NCBI GenBank assembly: GCA_048013815.1
Contig: CM106586.1
Coordinates: forward strand, 9,672,001-9,736,000
Source: Setoptus koraiensis
Taxonomy: Eukaryota > Animalia > Arthropoda
Length of the DNA stretch: 64,000 nt
Direction of reading: 5' to 3'
The notes below the pieces were generated by a model. The model was not told the origin of the DNA. It did no database searches and was given only the letters and a program-made list of their open reading frames with translations. Each line of letters opens with the position of its first letter. The stretch's first letter is position 1. Below, piece after piece: positions 46,885-61,607 of this stretch. The position numbers and the translations under genes were made by a program.

Positions 46885-49800
46885 GCGTCGTTTGCTGCGC
46901 GGTGCAGCGCACCGCACAGGAGCCGTCTAGATGCGAGATGCCGGATCGTGTTGGTTGGTCGCGTTTTTGCGGCGATTCAACACAATTTGCATCTATCCAG
47001 CGAGTCAGCGAGTCAGCGAGCCGGCCGGTAGGCGAAACAAAGTCAAATAAACACTGTGACGACTGGGCAAACAATGGCCAGCAAGTTTTGTTTTTTCCAG
47101 CTTTTACAGCTCCACACTGCAAAAGAGCAAACAGAAGATTGTGTATCTTGAAATCACAATTTATTGTATCAGATTCTTCAGATGGCCCGTGTTTTGCATA
47201 GCCAGTCGCTGAGCACAGATCGGCCATCGGCCGGTTGCTGGCCAACGAGCCGAGACAAGGAATTGGAAAGGAGAGCAAACAGTGTGCACCGTTCGCACCT
47301 CACAAAGAATGTTCAATGTTTGCTCTGCGAATCGGCAGCGCGGCCATTGTGCGCACTGTTTGCACACTGTCCGCCGCCCATTTTAGCTATGCTCGACAGA
47401 GATCAAATAGAGGCATCTTGACCGACATTTCAATATCGGCCGGCATCAATCGCCAGTTTGGTTTAGAATTTGAACTTGAGCGCCGCGGCCTTGAGAGCAC
47501 AATCATATCATTATTTGCTAATCTAATTTCGCTTCGCTAACTGTGTCTGTTTGCTCTGGTGGCAGCCAGCCTAAATGGGTTCATCGCGGACCCGTTGGCA
47601 CGGCCAGTGCCAACACGGAATCCGCATGCCGGGGTGTTGTATGGTCGCCGGCCGAAGTGTGGGCCGTTTCAGCCGAACAGTGTCGGCCAAAAGCCAACAA
47701 TGTGCGTTGTCAATGTGTGCCAGGTCGCAAATTGATGCCGCCTCCACTCAGTGGAGCCCACTGTCCAACGTCCAATGCCGCTGTCCAATGTCAGTGGCCA
47801 GTGTCAGTGTCGGTGCCCAGTGTCCAGTGGCCGTGAGAGTGACCACTGGGCCTTTGTGGGCCACTGCGGGCCAGATTCGGCAGTGCGGCCAGCGCCAGTT
47901 TGCACTGGCGAATCATTGTCAAACCATCATTGTCGGCCCGTTCGGGGCGCATATTTAACACAAGAGTGAGCACGCCATTTGTGCGACACTGCAGTGAGCT
48001 AATTGCACTGGCCATATTGGCTAATTTTGGCACCGCTGCACCAGGAAAGGGTCCAGTGGTGGCGAAATCCCTTTGTGTTGCTGCTGCCACACTCACTGGC
48101 CACGTCCGAGGCCCAATGGACCGATAGAGCGACCAGTCGCACCAAACGGCAGCCGAACGGCCGAATAAAGATGATGCGAATACCTGGTGACAGGCCCGTC
48201 ATAATGGCTGTCAGCGAGCACCTCAAATGTCGCCCCATTCGCACCATTAGCATTCTCGGGCCGGCGAGCAAACGAGCGAGCGGACAGCGCGAGCATCGCG
48301 AACAGCGCGACAACGCGAACATGGCGACAACGCGAACATGGCGACCATCGCCAACAAATGCGGCATAAAATAAGCTCGTCGTACAACAATGCACAAGCGG
48401 ATTAAAAAGAACGACGACGACGACGACGACAGCGAACGAAATAAAGAATTTGTGCTAAAAAACTCGGACGCTCCAAGTTTGCGCGTCGACACTTCGGCCG
48501 TGGTCGCGGCCGTTTAGCATAGGTGCCACATTGTTTTGTGTCACCGCCGGCCAACCACAAATGCTGCTGCTGCCGACACACATGCTCCGACGCGCGGCCT
48601 TCTGTTGCCGGTGGCGGGCGAGCGGTAGCGACCAAAATGAGATTATTAGCATGGTGATTTGGTGCTAATGCCGCTCGCGGACAGTGTCACACCTTTGTCG
48701 CGAATGCCATCGCACGGCCACCGACAAGCGGCGCGAAGCGCCCAGAAGCGCCGAGAGGAACGCGAGCAGCGCCGAGAAGAACGCGAGCAGCGGCGAGAAC
48801 GCGAGGAGAGGGCGACAGAGAAGAATGGCGAGCACAGAATCTTTTGTCGCGTTGTCCGCGTGCACGACGGCAGCCCGAGTCGGACGCCGGCGCGCTGGGG
48901 CCAGTTAACTCGTGCATGTGATTTACTTGTTGAGCCCTCTGGTCGGGCAACAATTTGTGCCCGGCGTCAATTTGCTGCCGCTGGCCGCATATTGCGCGCA
49001 CCGCCGGCGCCCGCAATACGCGAATATAAAATGGGGCCCGTCGGGTCAGATACGATCTGACGAGATGTGCTCGCTTTCAATGCGACTTGGCACTTGATGG
49101 CTACTTCTATCACTATCGCTCTCACAGGGCACGCTCACTGACAGTGACTCGCAGGGAAGTGGCGACACTGTGTTACATGTGTTATCGCCAGTCCGGTCGC
49201 TTGTGTAATCACTTGAATTTTAATTCTCTGTTGGTCGTTTGGGCACGGCACAGCAAAGTTTGTTAATTTGCATAATAACACAACGACAACAACAATAATG
49301 GCGATTTGATGGCGACCTGCGACGTCAACGAGCGGCGCTGTTGTGTCGCGCTCATTATTGCGCTGTCACACGGGCCAGCGACCGAGCATCGTGCCACCGT
49401 GCACCATATCATCGTATCGTAACGAGTACGCAACGAGCAGCAGTTACATAAGCGTCGTTGTCATTATCATTTGTTGCTTCATTTTCATTTTGAGTCGTTT
49501 TGCGTTGGCCGCTTGCAGCTGTTGTTGTGCTGTTTGTTTGTTGCTGTTGGCCGGGCCGGCCAACTGCAACGGACGGCGCCGCCAGCGGCAACAGTTGCGC
49601 CATGCCAGTGTTAATCCGGCGTGAGGAAGCCAGCCGATGATAATTCCTGCCTCTCTGTCTCTTATCTTAATTGCAATCAAAACTAATCATAATGACGCTC
49701 GTTAGTGGCCGTCGTCGTTGTTGTCGCTGTTGTCGTTGTTGTCGCTGGCGTGTCGGCGGGCCGGCGGGCTCGTGAGCGCACTCAGTTGGCAGTTCGTTTC

Positions 49801-52800
49801 AGCTTGAAACAATTACAGTTGTCATCACCACTAACTAGCTATTTTACAATCTTTATGCAACAATCGCTGCAGTGACAATTGTTTGTCGGCGCGCCATTGT
49901 ATCGGCCATTGTAGCTACCTGTTGCAACAATGCGTCATGGCGGCTTCTCACGTGAGCGGCCGCAATGTCAAACAATGAGCAGGCCAAACAAACAAGACCA
50001 TTCATTCTTTGGCAAAGAATCTTTGCTTGTTTGCTCGCCGGCCCGCAACGGCCGCTCGGCGCGCCGGACAGGGCCAGCGAAGCGAGCGCCGCACAAGGCC
50101 GGCGAACAGCGACCAGTGCTCCGGCCAACTCGAAGTGGCGACGTCAGCGCCGCCAGCTTCGAAAGCGCCAACAACAAGTGCGGCGTCTATTTTGGGGGCG
50201 TGACGGCGGCCGGCCGCGAAGTGCTAAGTGTTGTTGTGTTCGTTAGCGCCGATTCGGACGCAGTTGGTCAGAATGCCGTCGGTTCGTCGTTCGTTCGTTC
50301 GTTCTTTCGTTGGCTCGTTCGGCGTTCGCTGGCTCGTCCGTAGTTCGTCGTTCGTCGTTCGCTCCTTCGTGAGATGGGAATATTCGAAGCCGGGCTCGGC
50401 TGTTGCGCTTGTTGTGGCGCTCGCGAGAGATAAACCACTTTTGTCTGGCTACCACCGGCGCTGCGGCTGGCCGGCAGACGAGTAGGCAGACGGGCGGCCA
50501 GACAGCGCAGTGTTTTTAGTGGGATAAATATAAAGGTGGCACAAGTATAAAGAGCAGCACAGCCGAGAATATAAACAAGAGTATAAACAAGAGTACGAAC
50601 AACAGAGAGCGAGATTGGGCAAATTCTTTTCTCGCGCTGCAAATGCCAGCCATAATAGCGTAATAGATGCAGAACGGTGCGGACAGCCACTCATGACCGT
50701 CATGACCATGATCAAAGGGCCTTTTCACCTGTGCGCGCATCACGACGCTGACGCCATAATCATAAATACAGCGCAACAACAGCAGCAACTTGCGTCATAG
50801 AATCATACAACTTGAGTCATATGTGCCAGTATGCAGATTGCGCCGGCCGCAAACAAACTCTTGTTTGTGTCCTGTCATCGCCACTCGAAGCAGCTCATTA
50901 TATTTTCAATTTTTGTGCCTGCTCTCGCTAATGATCGCTCGTTTCCAACGACGGCCGCAACAACAGCATCAACGGCCACAACAACAACAGCAGCAACAAC
51001 AACAGCAACAACAACAACAGCCACAGCGGCAGCAACAACAGCGACGGCAACAGCGACAGCCAAGGTCTGGCCGGTCGCAAATCAGGGCCAGTGGCCAGAA
51101 GTGAGCCGATGCTGCCGCTTCGTCATTAATCGGCGCCGCCTCGCAGCAAGTTCATGAATCTGGTGTGCGCAGCTGACGGCGGCCGCATTCACGGCTAGCC
51201 GGGCCCTGAATACGAAAGCCGATGCAGGCACAAATGATACTAATTACCTGCGTTGGCCAACTCACCTTGATTACAATTATCATTCATGTATGAAACTCAT
51301 TTCTTTCTTCGCGCTCGCTCTCTGTTGCCGGCCGCGAGCGCCGGACCTGCGAGCGCCGGACCTGCGAGCGCCGACCGACCGGCCACGGCCGGTAAGTGGA
51401 GCAGCGACAACAACTAGTTAACATGCTGCTGATAAGCAACTTGTCAACACCGCCAGCAGTGTAATTATCCCCTGGCTTGTTTGTTTTGCTCGCTCGCCCA
51501 TCCCACGAATGCGCTTTGTTGTCGTTGTTGTCGTCGTTGTTGCCGTTGTTGTTGCCGTTGTTGCCGTCGTTGTTGTTGCCGTTGTTGATGTTGTTGCTGT
51601 GAATAATGATATTCATTAGTTGTCGGTGGCCTACGCACCGTCGCCCTGTGCGCGCATCGCCCCGTCGCAGATGCATTTTGCGATCGCTGTCGGTCGCTGC
51701 CGGTTGTTGTCGGTGGTTGTCGGCTGCTGTCGGTTGTTGTCGGTTGTCGTTGGCCGCTGTCGCTGGTGGCTGCCGAGCGCGCACGAGCCTGCATCGCCGA
51801 CAACAACAACAAAGTGCAAACAAGCGAGAGTAAACAAAGAATTGAGAGCGCACCAGCGACACCAAACAAAGGCTCGGCCAAGACGCGCATCAATTAAATC
51901 AGTGCGTGCACCGCCGCGATCAATTAGCATGCCCGCCAGGTGACCGCTCACCTGGCCGGCGCTCGAACGCTGCTCGTCGCTGGCCGTCGCTGGCCGTCGC
52001 TGGCGACTCGTCCACGACTCGTTCACGACTCGGGCCCGGGAAACCCGCGCTCGAGCTCGAGCGACAGCGCCGACGACAGCCGCACGAGATGAAGTCATCG
52101 TTGGTGGCTGCCCGCTCGACCGACGCCGGCCCCAACGGCAACCAGCGGCGGCCAGCGGCGACCAGCGGCGGCCAACGGCGACCGGTGGGCGTTGTCGTGG
52201 GCCGATACATGCGAACGTTGCCAATTTGAATGTATCAGCTGACAAGGATTGCACTTATGGCTAATTATGGCGTTTGTTTGTTTTTCGCCATGTCACAACT
52301 GGCTGCTGTCAAAAGGCACAATGGCCGCATTCTTGCATGGACGTGGCTTCGTGATTCTCGGCCATTCTCTCAGAGAATCTCTCTGTTCTATTGCGGCGCA
52401 CATTTCATCACGAGCTGCTGTTTGAGGGTGGTCTAATTATCTCCAGTTTGCACAGTCTGCCCAGTTTGTGCAAACTCTGCGCCGTCTCCGGCCTGGCGGC
52501 GGACCCGTCGCGCCGGACCCAACTGTCCGCTCCGGCCAGCCGATGCCCGCTGGCCGCTGGCATGGCGGCGGTGGCCCGACGAGCGGGGCCAGACAGAAGG
52601 CTGCGCAACCAAGCCAACAAAAGCACCGAAACAAAACACCACCAAAAACAAATCGATATCTGTCTCGCGCGGCCGTCGACAGCGCTCACTTGTGAATAAC
52701 GCGCCCGTCTAATTACCGTCTCTAATAGAGAGAGAGAGACCCTCCGGTGGCCACAGTTGCAAATCGCAGTTGCTGGCCCCGTCGCCAGTCCGACCCGCGG

Positions 52801-54605
52801 CCGCCCGGCCGCGTCTGGCGCCAGCGATCGCCGCCCGCCGCTGTGACCGCGACATGCAAAACGGGCCAAATTTTGGCCGCCAAAACATATTTTAATGGTC
52901 ACTCCTCACTGTACATTGTGCACTCCACAACAGGTAGTGGTCGTGACCCGATCAGCGCGGCGCCGCGCCGCGCACTACCTTTGGCTACAATTGTTGTGTT
53001 GTGACGGACACTTTCCGGACGCCCACTTACAACATGTCAGTTGGCATTGTGCTGTTTGTACCTTGTTGGTGCCCTGCTCACGCCGCTCTAAATCGCTTCT
53101 ATATTGCGGCCCGTCCAGCAGCGCCCGCCCGCCCGCCAGAGTCCGCTCAGCGGAGTCCGCCAGGGTCCGCTCAACAGCGTCCGCTGTGTCCAGTTGGCAA
53201 CTGGAGTGCGGCTGCCCGGCGATAATGACACCCGCCGACGACTCCCAAGACGTTCATTAGTTTTCGATGGGCATGATTATTGGGCGCCCGACTCACGGGG
53301 CTCACGGGCTGCCGCACCGACGAGCTGCCGGCACAACAAATGGCGCCAGATAAATAACAAGATCAATTGAAACATTTCTCTTGTTGTTTGATCCGACGCT
53401 GCGCCCTGTCTCCCGTAAACGATACTAAACGCGATAGTTGGACGGCACGGACAGTATGGACACTGCAGACGTGTTGCAGTCGCAAATAAATTGCCACTTT
53501 CTCTCGGGCGGCGCTTCTCTCGGGCCGGCGCTCACTTTTTCGGGCTTGTTGGGCTTGCTCCGACCAACCGGGCCCCCAAATTGGCGGATCGTGCCAGCCT
53601 TTTCACGCCGCGCGAGGCCCACTTAGCGGCGCCAATTGAAAAGCGCCCGGCCCCCGGTCGGCTTAGTGGCACAGGTAAAATGGCCATTTTAAGCTGCTGC
53701 CCGCTCTCTCGTACTTAAACTCATATCGTTGCAGGCCGCCCATCAATACCCGCGCGCACCCGAAAAATATTGTTCGCCGGCGCGCCGAGAGAAAATGATC
53801 ACTCGCTGGCCTCATTCTTGGCCCACGAGAACATTAATTTTAATGAAGCCCCCAGCTCAACATCACCGGCCCAAATGAAAGTTGAAAACTATCTCGTAAT
53901 GGCGCCACTGTGCGCGGCATGGGCCGGCCCGGCCCGGTCGGTCGGTCAGTCGGGCGCATTAGACGGGCACGAGTGAACGTCTCAATTCGCCGCTTTCGCT
54001 CAGCTCGTCCGGGCCCCTCTGTGCTGGAAATTTAACACTCTGGCCCGAAGCGCGCGCGGGCCCCGCACGGACGCTGGCCACTGGCTTACGTGATACTTGT
54101 TAGTGCTGTATTTGTTTAATGCTGCGCCGCGTTGCACCGCTGGCCGGCCCGCCGCCGTCTCGGTGCCAAAGCTCTTTCCCTCGGAGCGGCTGCCAGGCTT
54201 TCCCGTGCGCCGTGAACGGGCGGCTTTTTTATTATTTCGTTCTCGTCTCTTTATGACGACGACACGGCGAACAGGCCGCTGTTGGTACGTGCCCGCCGCG
54301 GCTACCTGTCAGGCGCAACCCGACCGCTCGGTCGGCCGGTTGCGCCCGTTCGTGTCGGGCGGCCCTCATTTGCATATGTCGGTCATGGCGGCGCATTTAG
54401 CGCTCCACTTGTTTCGCTGGCCCGCTAAAATATTCAGTCGACAGGAGCCGTGCAACCGAAGCGATAATCTGCCAGCCCAGCGCTGTGTGTCCCTGATAAT
54501 AATTCAAACGAGCGCTGGTGGTCGCAACGAGGGGCGACCATCATTTTTATTCCCTGTGAGTGTGTGTGTTTGGGCCCACCGTCGCGAATTCTCGTGACGG
54601 TTGCC

Positions 54606-54686
54606 GTGTCCAGTTGCGTCCAGTGGTGTTCAGTAGTGTCCAGTTGTGTCCAGTAGTGTCCAGTTGTGTTCGGTTGTGTCCAGTTG
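54606..54686. repeat. 10-bp tandem repeat (GTGTCCAGTT-like), ~8 units
   Basis: Read directly. Confidence 0.85.
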
Positions 54687-56743
54687 CGGCCACTGCGACC
54701 GGCACACTGTTGGAATGGGCGCACACTGAGCCTCGAGCTCACATTAAGTGACGGGTCAATATCCAGTTTTTGAATTGCGAGTAATTAACTTGACTCCGCT
54801 GCCGCTCGGGCATCGGTCAGCCGCCGCCACTCGGGCATTGGTCAGCCGCCGCCACTCGGGCATTGGTCGGCGGCTGGTGCCACTCGCGAATCGCGCCGCG
54901 CTCGTTGCCATGATGACGGTCGCGGCGAAACAACATTTAAAATTCATAGATTTAATTATTTGCTCTGTTCTTTACGACGCCTCGGCCACTCAGCGTCTCG
55001 CGGGCACCGCGCGTCGTACGGCATGCCAGCCGGTCGGTTGCATGCCGCAGCACTCACGAGCCGCATCTCGCATATATCTCGCATATCTGGTTGCTGTCGG
55101 TTGCCAACATGAGCCGGACAGCGGGCCGGTCAGCGCGCCGGCCGCGAAAGAATTCGTGTCTGACCACCACGAACGGCCGTGCGAGAGCCCGTCGGGTGGG
55201 TCGGTGGCGGGCGGTTTGGCGCAAGCAAGCGCTCGCCGGGCTCCGCCGGCTCAAGCTGAGCGAGCGGAATGAAAAATGATCGCTGACTTTGTTTGTTTTT
55301 ATTACCTTGTCGCGCACGTGATGATTAACGTGGCGCCACCGATCATATCGGCGGCGCAATGTAAATATCGTTAGCGCCACCACAACAGCGCCAACAACAG
55401 CAACAACAACAACAGCGACCGCGGCACCAACAACAGCAACAGCGGCGGCAACAACAACAACAGCAGCAGCAACAACAACAACGACGACGACGACGAGGAA
55501 TTTCTCATTTTGCGTCTAGCCGGCCGAGAGCTGTCAAGTGGTGCCGTCTTCGGAGTTATGCTATTCATTACGGCAGACCGGTAAACGTGGCCCATTATTG
55601 CTGCCATTATTTTGCCAGCGCACACTGGCAACAAATAATATATATATTCATGTATGAATAGCCGCAATGGCGCGTATAAATTAAACATCAATTTGCCTAT
55701 TAATTGGCCCTCGATCGGCGCGGCCATTGAGCAATCGGGCGAGCTTGTTGAGCCGTCCGGTGGGCGCCTCAAACTGGACAGGTCGCCGATGTGACGCCCG
55801 GGTAATATATTTGGATATTTCATATTTATGTTGTTCGTATTCGCGTTGCATTATATCGGTGGGCACGAAGTGGCCCGGCGGCCGCAGCGGCAAGTGTCGT
55901 GCTAACCAGGCGAGCGCATTTATCGCGAAACAAGAAACAAACAATTTGTTTTGTTCTTGCGAGGCGGATTCGTTGTTCGTCGAAGCGGGGGGCGTGCACA
56001 CTGGCGGCGGCGGCGGCGCGGCGTCGACTCGGCGGCTTGTCGGTCACTTTCGATGATGACGCCGCAAGGAATGCGCTAAATCGTGGAGGCCACAACAGCA
56101 AATTGGCACTACCAATTCGCTGCCAGTATCAAGGTAGCATGAGTTTGGTGTAATTAATGCAAAAGTTGGCAACGGCGCACTTGTTGTTGTTTGCCGGATA
56201 AACGATTGCAGCTTCGTGTAGCTGGCATGATTGCGAGCCAACAACAACAGCAGCAACAACAGCAGCAACAACAACAGCAGCAGCAACATCAACAATCGAG
56301 TGGCCGGCAACAATTGCTACAGCGGCCATTGGCGAGCAAATTGTGTCGACTGTTACTGTTTGAATGATGGAGCCATATACACAGGTGAGCACAGGTGAGC
56401 GCTGAGTGCATCGTACGGCAACACGACTAATGGCAAGAAATGATTTATCTATTATTTATTCATCAGCTCGCGTTCGCTCTACATTGGGCCAGTGCCAGTC
56501 ATGTCCGAGCATGCTCATGTATCGTTGTGCGCATCGTTGTGGATCATGCAAGCCGCGGATGGCCGAGAATAGAAGCGATAATTATCGGTTCGCCGGCCCA
56601 ACAATGAATTGGACGGCAAGCAGCTTGTTGCCGCCCGTTTGGTGCAGCCACTTTTTTATCCATTCATTCATGGGAGCACTGGCGAGAATGGCACCGAATC
56701 ATGAGAATTGTTTCTGCCGTTGCGTTGTTGTTGGTGCTGTTGT

Positions 56744-56814
56744 GGCAACAACAACAACAGCGGCAACAACAGCGGCAACAACAGCGGCAACAACAGCGGC
56801 AACAGCGGCAACAG

Positions 56815-56875
<61 letters not shown>

Positions 56876-56877
56876 GA
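56744..56877. repeat. Compound CAA/CAGCGGCAA/CAACGGCAA repeat
   Basis: 12-bp then 9-bp units built on a CAA triplet; the source of the spurious poly-Q/N/T/L ORFs here. Confidence 0.9.
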
Positions 56878-59165
56878 CTTGCGTTTTGCAGAAAACGCTT
56901 CGAATGGAAACGTATCGAGAGAACAATGCGTTTTGTTTCTCTCGTGTGCTCGACAATCTTTGTCTAATGACAGGCCAATGAGCGCTGACGATCGCGCATT
57001 CTTGGCCGCTCTCATTCCCCGGCTTGCGCCCTCTCGGCCGGCCCGCGGCGGCCAGTCCGAAGCGGCCAGTCAACGGCCGGCCCGAGCTGTGAGGATCCGC
57101 TCGCCGAACAGTGCGCCCGCCGGACAGTCGGAGCAGTCCGCTCGAGCTCGCATGACAGCCGGAGAGAGTGGTGGCCGGGCGCCGTCAGTCAGCAGATTGC
57201 CGATCGGCGTGTCGCTCGATACCGGCCCATAAACTCACACTCATTTCCACTTACCGTCCGCAGCCACATTCCTGGCCAATTTATCAATGAGCTCGCCAGC
57301 CCAATTTGTGCAACGTTGCGTAATGTTGCCAATGTTGCCAATGTTGCCCATGCTGCCCAATGGCTGGCGAGCTCAAAGTGGCGCAAAAGTTTTGCTGTTT
57401 GCGCGCTTGTCCACACAAATAAATTATCATTGGCCTGCGAGCTGAATAAAGATAAAAAACAATGAGCAACAACGAAAATTAATTCATGGCGTGACGCGCA
57501 TCGTTACACTGCCAACTGGGCCGCCGCTCTCTATTTTTACCCCAGCGCCTAGATCGTCGCCCAGATATCCTCTGGCCCGTCCGGCTGTCGGGCGCTTCGT
57601 GGCCGCGCTTGGGCACTCCTGCTTCGCGCGGCCCGGCCCGGCCCGGCCGTTTCTGGCCGGACGGACGGCCGGACAGTCAGCGGACGGTCGTCGGACGGCC
57701 GGCCGGCCAGCCGCGCTCAGCAGAGACGGCGCCCGAGTGGCGAGGCGAATCGATTCTCATTACCTGTCGGGTGCGTGATTCAATTGCGGGCCGCGTCGCT
57801 AACAAGTTAATCATCGCCGGCTCTCAATCAAATATCGGGCTGCCAGGCACGATGCGCGCGATTATGCGCCGACCTAATCATTATTTTGCCGGCTCATAAT
57901 GAGCGCCGACCGACACTGACCGCGACCAACTGAGACCGGCCGCCACTAACCGAGACGCGGATGCGTGAAACGGGCGACCCGGCTAAACGAACGCGCCGCT
58001 GTTTGCATGCACCCCGGCCCGTGATCAATCATGCGCCCATCGTGGGCGCGCACCAATTAATTGCCAGCAAACTGGCCGGCCGGCCGCTGCGCTGAGCGCG
58101 GCCCGTTGCCGTGCCGCAACAAAAGCGCCATTGTTTTCGCTGGCGCCGTCGCCATTCAGGCGGCCAGCGGCCGCACGGGCCGACCGTATGCGGCCATGTT
58201 GTGGCCGCTCGTTGCTTGTTGCTGGCCCATTAAAAAAGTCAACATTATAAATCAGGGCCGCCGATGTCATCCCGTCGGCATGATCCCGAGCAATCATGTT
58301 AATTAGCCGGCCTTGCGCCGTCTTGCAGCCTGTGAATGGTCCGAAAATGCCCGTCTCGTCTCTGCCGGTCGGCGAATCCGGTCGCTCCGGTCGGTCACTC
58401 GGGCACCCGCTTGGGCACTCGCCCGCTTGGGCACTCATCGACAATGCGTCCGTGTGGCCGGAGCGAGCCGTGTGTCGTCCATGCCCGCGGCCAGCGGCCG
58501 GCCGGCAATGGTTGCATCGGCAACAATGCAAGGCGGCCACATTGTTGCAGTGTCGTTGTTTGTAGTGTTTTGTAATGTTTGCCAATCGCAATTTGTCCGA
58601 TGGCGACAATGGGCGCCTGTGAATGGCGACGCGCAATTACAGCTCGTCTCTGTCGGCGGCCCGATCTCCGGCCCGGCGCTCGGCCGGCCGTCTCGGGCTG
58701 TTGGGCGACGCGGCCGACACCGAGACCATCTCGTCGCGCAGAGAATGTCGCCGCTTTGAAACGGGCCAGCGTGTTTTGTCATGCGTCTCGGGCCGGCGAT
58801 GGTCATCACGACCATGCCCGAGCTCATTACAATAACAAATGTTTTCGCTGGCCGCTGTGTCCAATGAAGTTTCATTGTGGCCACTGCAGGATTCACACGC
58901 ACTCAATTGTTGCTCTGGCGCATCGGTCAGCAGCGAGTGGTCAATGGACAGTCGGCGGACAGTCGGCGGACAGTCGGTGGACGGCGCTCGCTGGTGGTGG
59001 CAGCGACACAGAAGCCAGTTTGTGGAAAAATTGCAAAAACTGACCGCTCCAAAGAGCCATTTGAAAGCTGTTTGAGCTGATTTGTGGTGCTCGCAAGTGC
59101 CCGAAATTCTCCCTCGATATTTCACAATCTCTCAAAATTTCAAAATTTCGCCCGTTTGTGGCGTG

Positions 59166-59225
59166 TTTGTTGGCCGGTTTGTTGGCCGGTTTGTTGGCTG
59201 GTTTGCTGGCCGGTTTGCTGGCCGG
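59166..59225. repeat. 5 x 12-bp TTTGTTGGCCGG-like tandem repeat
   Basis: Read directly. Confidence 0.9.
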
Positions 59226-60095
59226 TTTGTTTATGGCGAGCACGCGCAATCATGCGACGACGCTATTCACAACAACAAACAACGACGTTGTTGCGTATTG
59301 CATTGTGTGCAAACACCACGATGCGCATCGATATCGCTGTGTGGTCAGTCCGGCCGAGCAAGTGACCGAGCGGCCAGGCGATGCGAGCCAGTGCAAAGTG
59401 GTGGCCAGGTAAGTGGCCGCGACTACCTGTTGTTGGTTGTTGTGCTGGCCGAATGTCAAATCGATGGCGTGAATCAGCCGGCCGGTGTCACGATATCAAT
59501 CACGCATATTCAATGGGCCGCCCTCGGCCGTCGGGAGCCGCCGCCGCCGTTCGCTCGGTCGCACCACATCCATTCGCTCGGGCCGCGTCCATTCGCTCGG
59601 GCCGGTCGCCCGAGCGCGACCCATTGTTTGCCGCTGCGCCGCTGTGTCGGAGCGTCATGCCAGTTGGCCAGCGACTGCTGCGAGCGGCCGCTTCGGGCGG
59701 CCAGTTGGAGCGCCGGCCCGAGCGGCCATTTGAATGTTTAGTGGCGACGCACAATAAATCAGTTCAGTGTCAATTATTGCGATGTCAAGCAAACTTGTTG
59801 TTCGGCCCAATTGGGCGATTGTTGTTCGCTCGCTGTTGTCGGTTGTTGTTGCCGGTCGATGTCGGTCGCGCAGATTCGAGTGAATGAAACAAGTGCAACA
59901 GTTTTGACAGGCGCTCGGCACAACAAACCAACGACAACGGCGACTGCCCGCAGACGCCAACAGCGCCACCGTCACCAGCGGCCGGGACGACGGCGCTCCG
60001 CATCACTGATTTGGATAATCATACCACCAATGCCAGTGCATGCCATCTGTATCACCGATCTGCCACTCACACATGCCACAAACTGCGACTCTGGC

Positions 60096-60178
60096 CGCTC
60101 TGGCCACTGTCCACTCTGGCCGCTCCGTCCGCTCTGGCCGCTCCGTCCACTCTGGCCGCTCCGTCCACTCTGGCCGCT
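60096..60178. repeat. 18-bp tandem repeat (CTCTGGCCGCTCCGTCCA-like), ~4-5 units
   Basis: Read directly. Confidence 0.85.
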
Positions 60179-61082
60179 GTGTCCCATTCGGACATGTCCG
60201 GCGCACCGACCGTTCGCAGTTGGTCGTCGCAGGCAGGGCGGCGGCCGGCCGAGAGCGGATTAATTCGAGTTCATACCGCTCCACTCCGACCGCCACTGGC
60301 CCGACCGCCGCTCGCTTCCGAAGCCGCCCGTCGCCGGGCCCGACTGCCGCTGGCCGCGCAACTGGCATTCCGCTCGGGCAGCCAGTCGCGTCTAGCACCG
60401 ACAACAATTCTAGCAATGACAACAATTCTAGCACTGGCAACAATGCAACAATCTCGCCAGTCTCGTCAGTGTCAGGGAGCGGCCAACTGCAATCGCGCCG
60501 CCAGCGCTGCCCAGCTTTGCCCGGCGCACATGCACACAAATCCGCAAATTTCCACGCAAATCCGCTTTTTTTTCTCGGGCCGCGGCCGCCGATTTTGCCG
60601 GGCCGCGGCCGCTGTCGTCGGGCCGGCGCGGACACGCAAGACACGCACAATACGGTAACGTTCGACGAGTCGCAGGTCTGCTGGCCGGCCAGCTGCATTG
60701 TTGCGTCATCAATTCGCAATTCCGCAGCAATGCTGCGGCAGCATTCAATCGGCGAGCGGATAATAAGCGGCCGGCCCGAATTGCGCAACATCTTGCCCGA
60801 CAAAGGGCCCCTCTGTGTCGCTTTTTATTGGCGCTTAGCGTTTGTTGGTGCGCGTATGTTGCTGCTCGGCTCGGTCAGCGGCCACTCGGTCGCCTTACAG
60901 AGGGTGCAAGTTACAGCGGCGAGATAAGCAGATATATGCGCCGGCTAAATGGGGCCCCAACAAATAAGATTAATTTGCTGCCGAAACTCTCACTGTCGGC
61001 CACCAAGTGGCGAGTGGTTAACTGGGCCAAGCTGGCAGTTCACTGAGGCCCGCTCGTTTAGTGCGGCTCGTTCGTGGAGCGC

Positions 61083-61157
61083 CGCTCGGGCCAGTTGTGC
61101 GGCTCGGGCCAGTTGAGCGGCTCGGGCCAGTTGAGCGGCTCGGGCCAGTTGAGCGGC
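61083..61157. repeat. 4 x 18-bp GCGGCTCGGGCCAGTTGA tandem repeat
   Basis: Read directly. Confidence 0.9.
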
Positions 61158-61529
61158 GGAGTGGCGCTAACTGCGAGCTCATGATAACATGCAGATAATA
61201 ATAATGAGTAATCATCTTATTATGCCGTCTCGCTGCTGGTGCCGGCGCCGCCGGCGCCAACAACAACTGGCAGCTGATTGCGCAACTGTTACCACTGGCA
61301 CCATTGGTTGCCAGTCTGCAATTTAGGTGTTTGTTGGCGCGCCCAGTTGCTTAGTCGGCAGCTTGCGAGCCTGTGAGCTTGCGAGTCGGGGCCCCGCGTC
61401 AGGTTGTAAGCTTGCGGACTCGTGTGCTGAATCAACGCCGATCTGGCGATCGATCAATGGGGCGCCAAAACATATCGATTACCGGCCCCTCCTTTTCTCC
61501 GCTCTCTCTGTGCGGCCCTCACACCGTGC

Positions 61530-61607
61530 GGCCCGCTTGTGAGGCCCGCATGTGAGGCCCGCTTGTGAGGCTCGCTTGTGAGGCTCGCTTGTGAGGCCCG
61601 CTTGTGA
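61530..61607. repeat. 6 x 13-bp GGCCCGCTTGTGA tandem repeat
   Basis: Read directly. Confidence 0.92.

Noticed and set aside
54606-61607. CRISPR-like arrays among the short repeats
   Set aside because: The units are head-to-tail with no unique spacers, there are no cas genes, and the context is eukaryotic.
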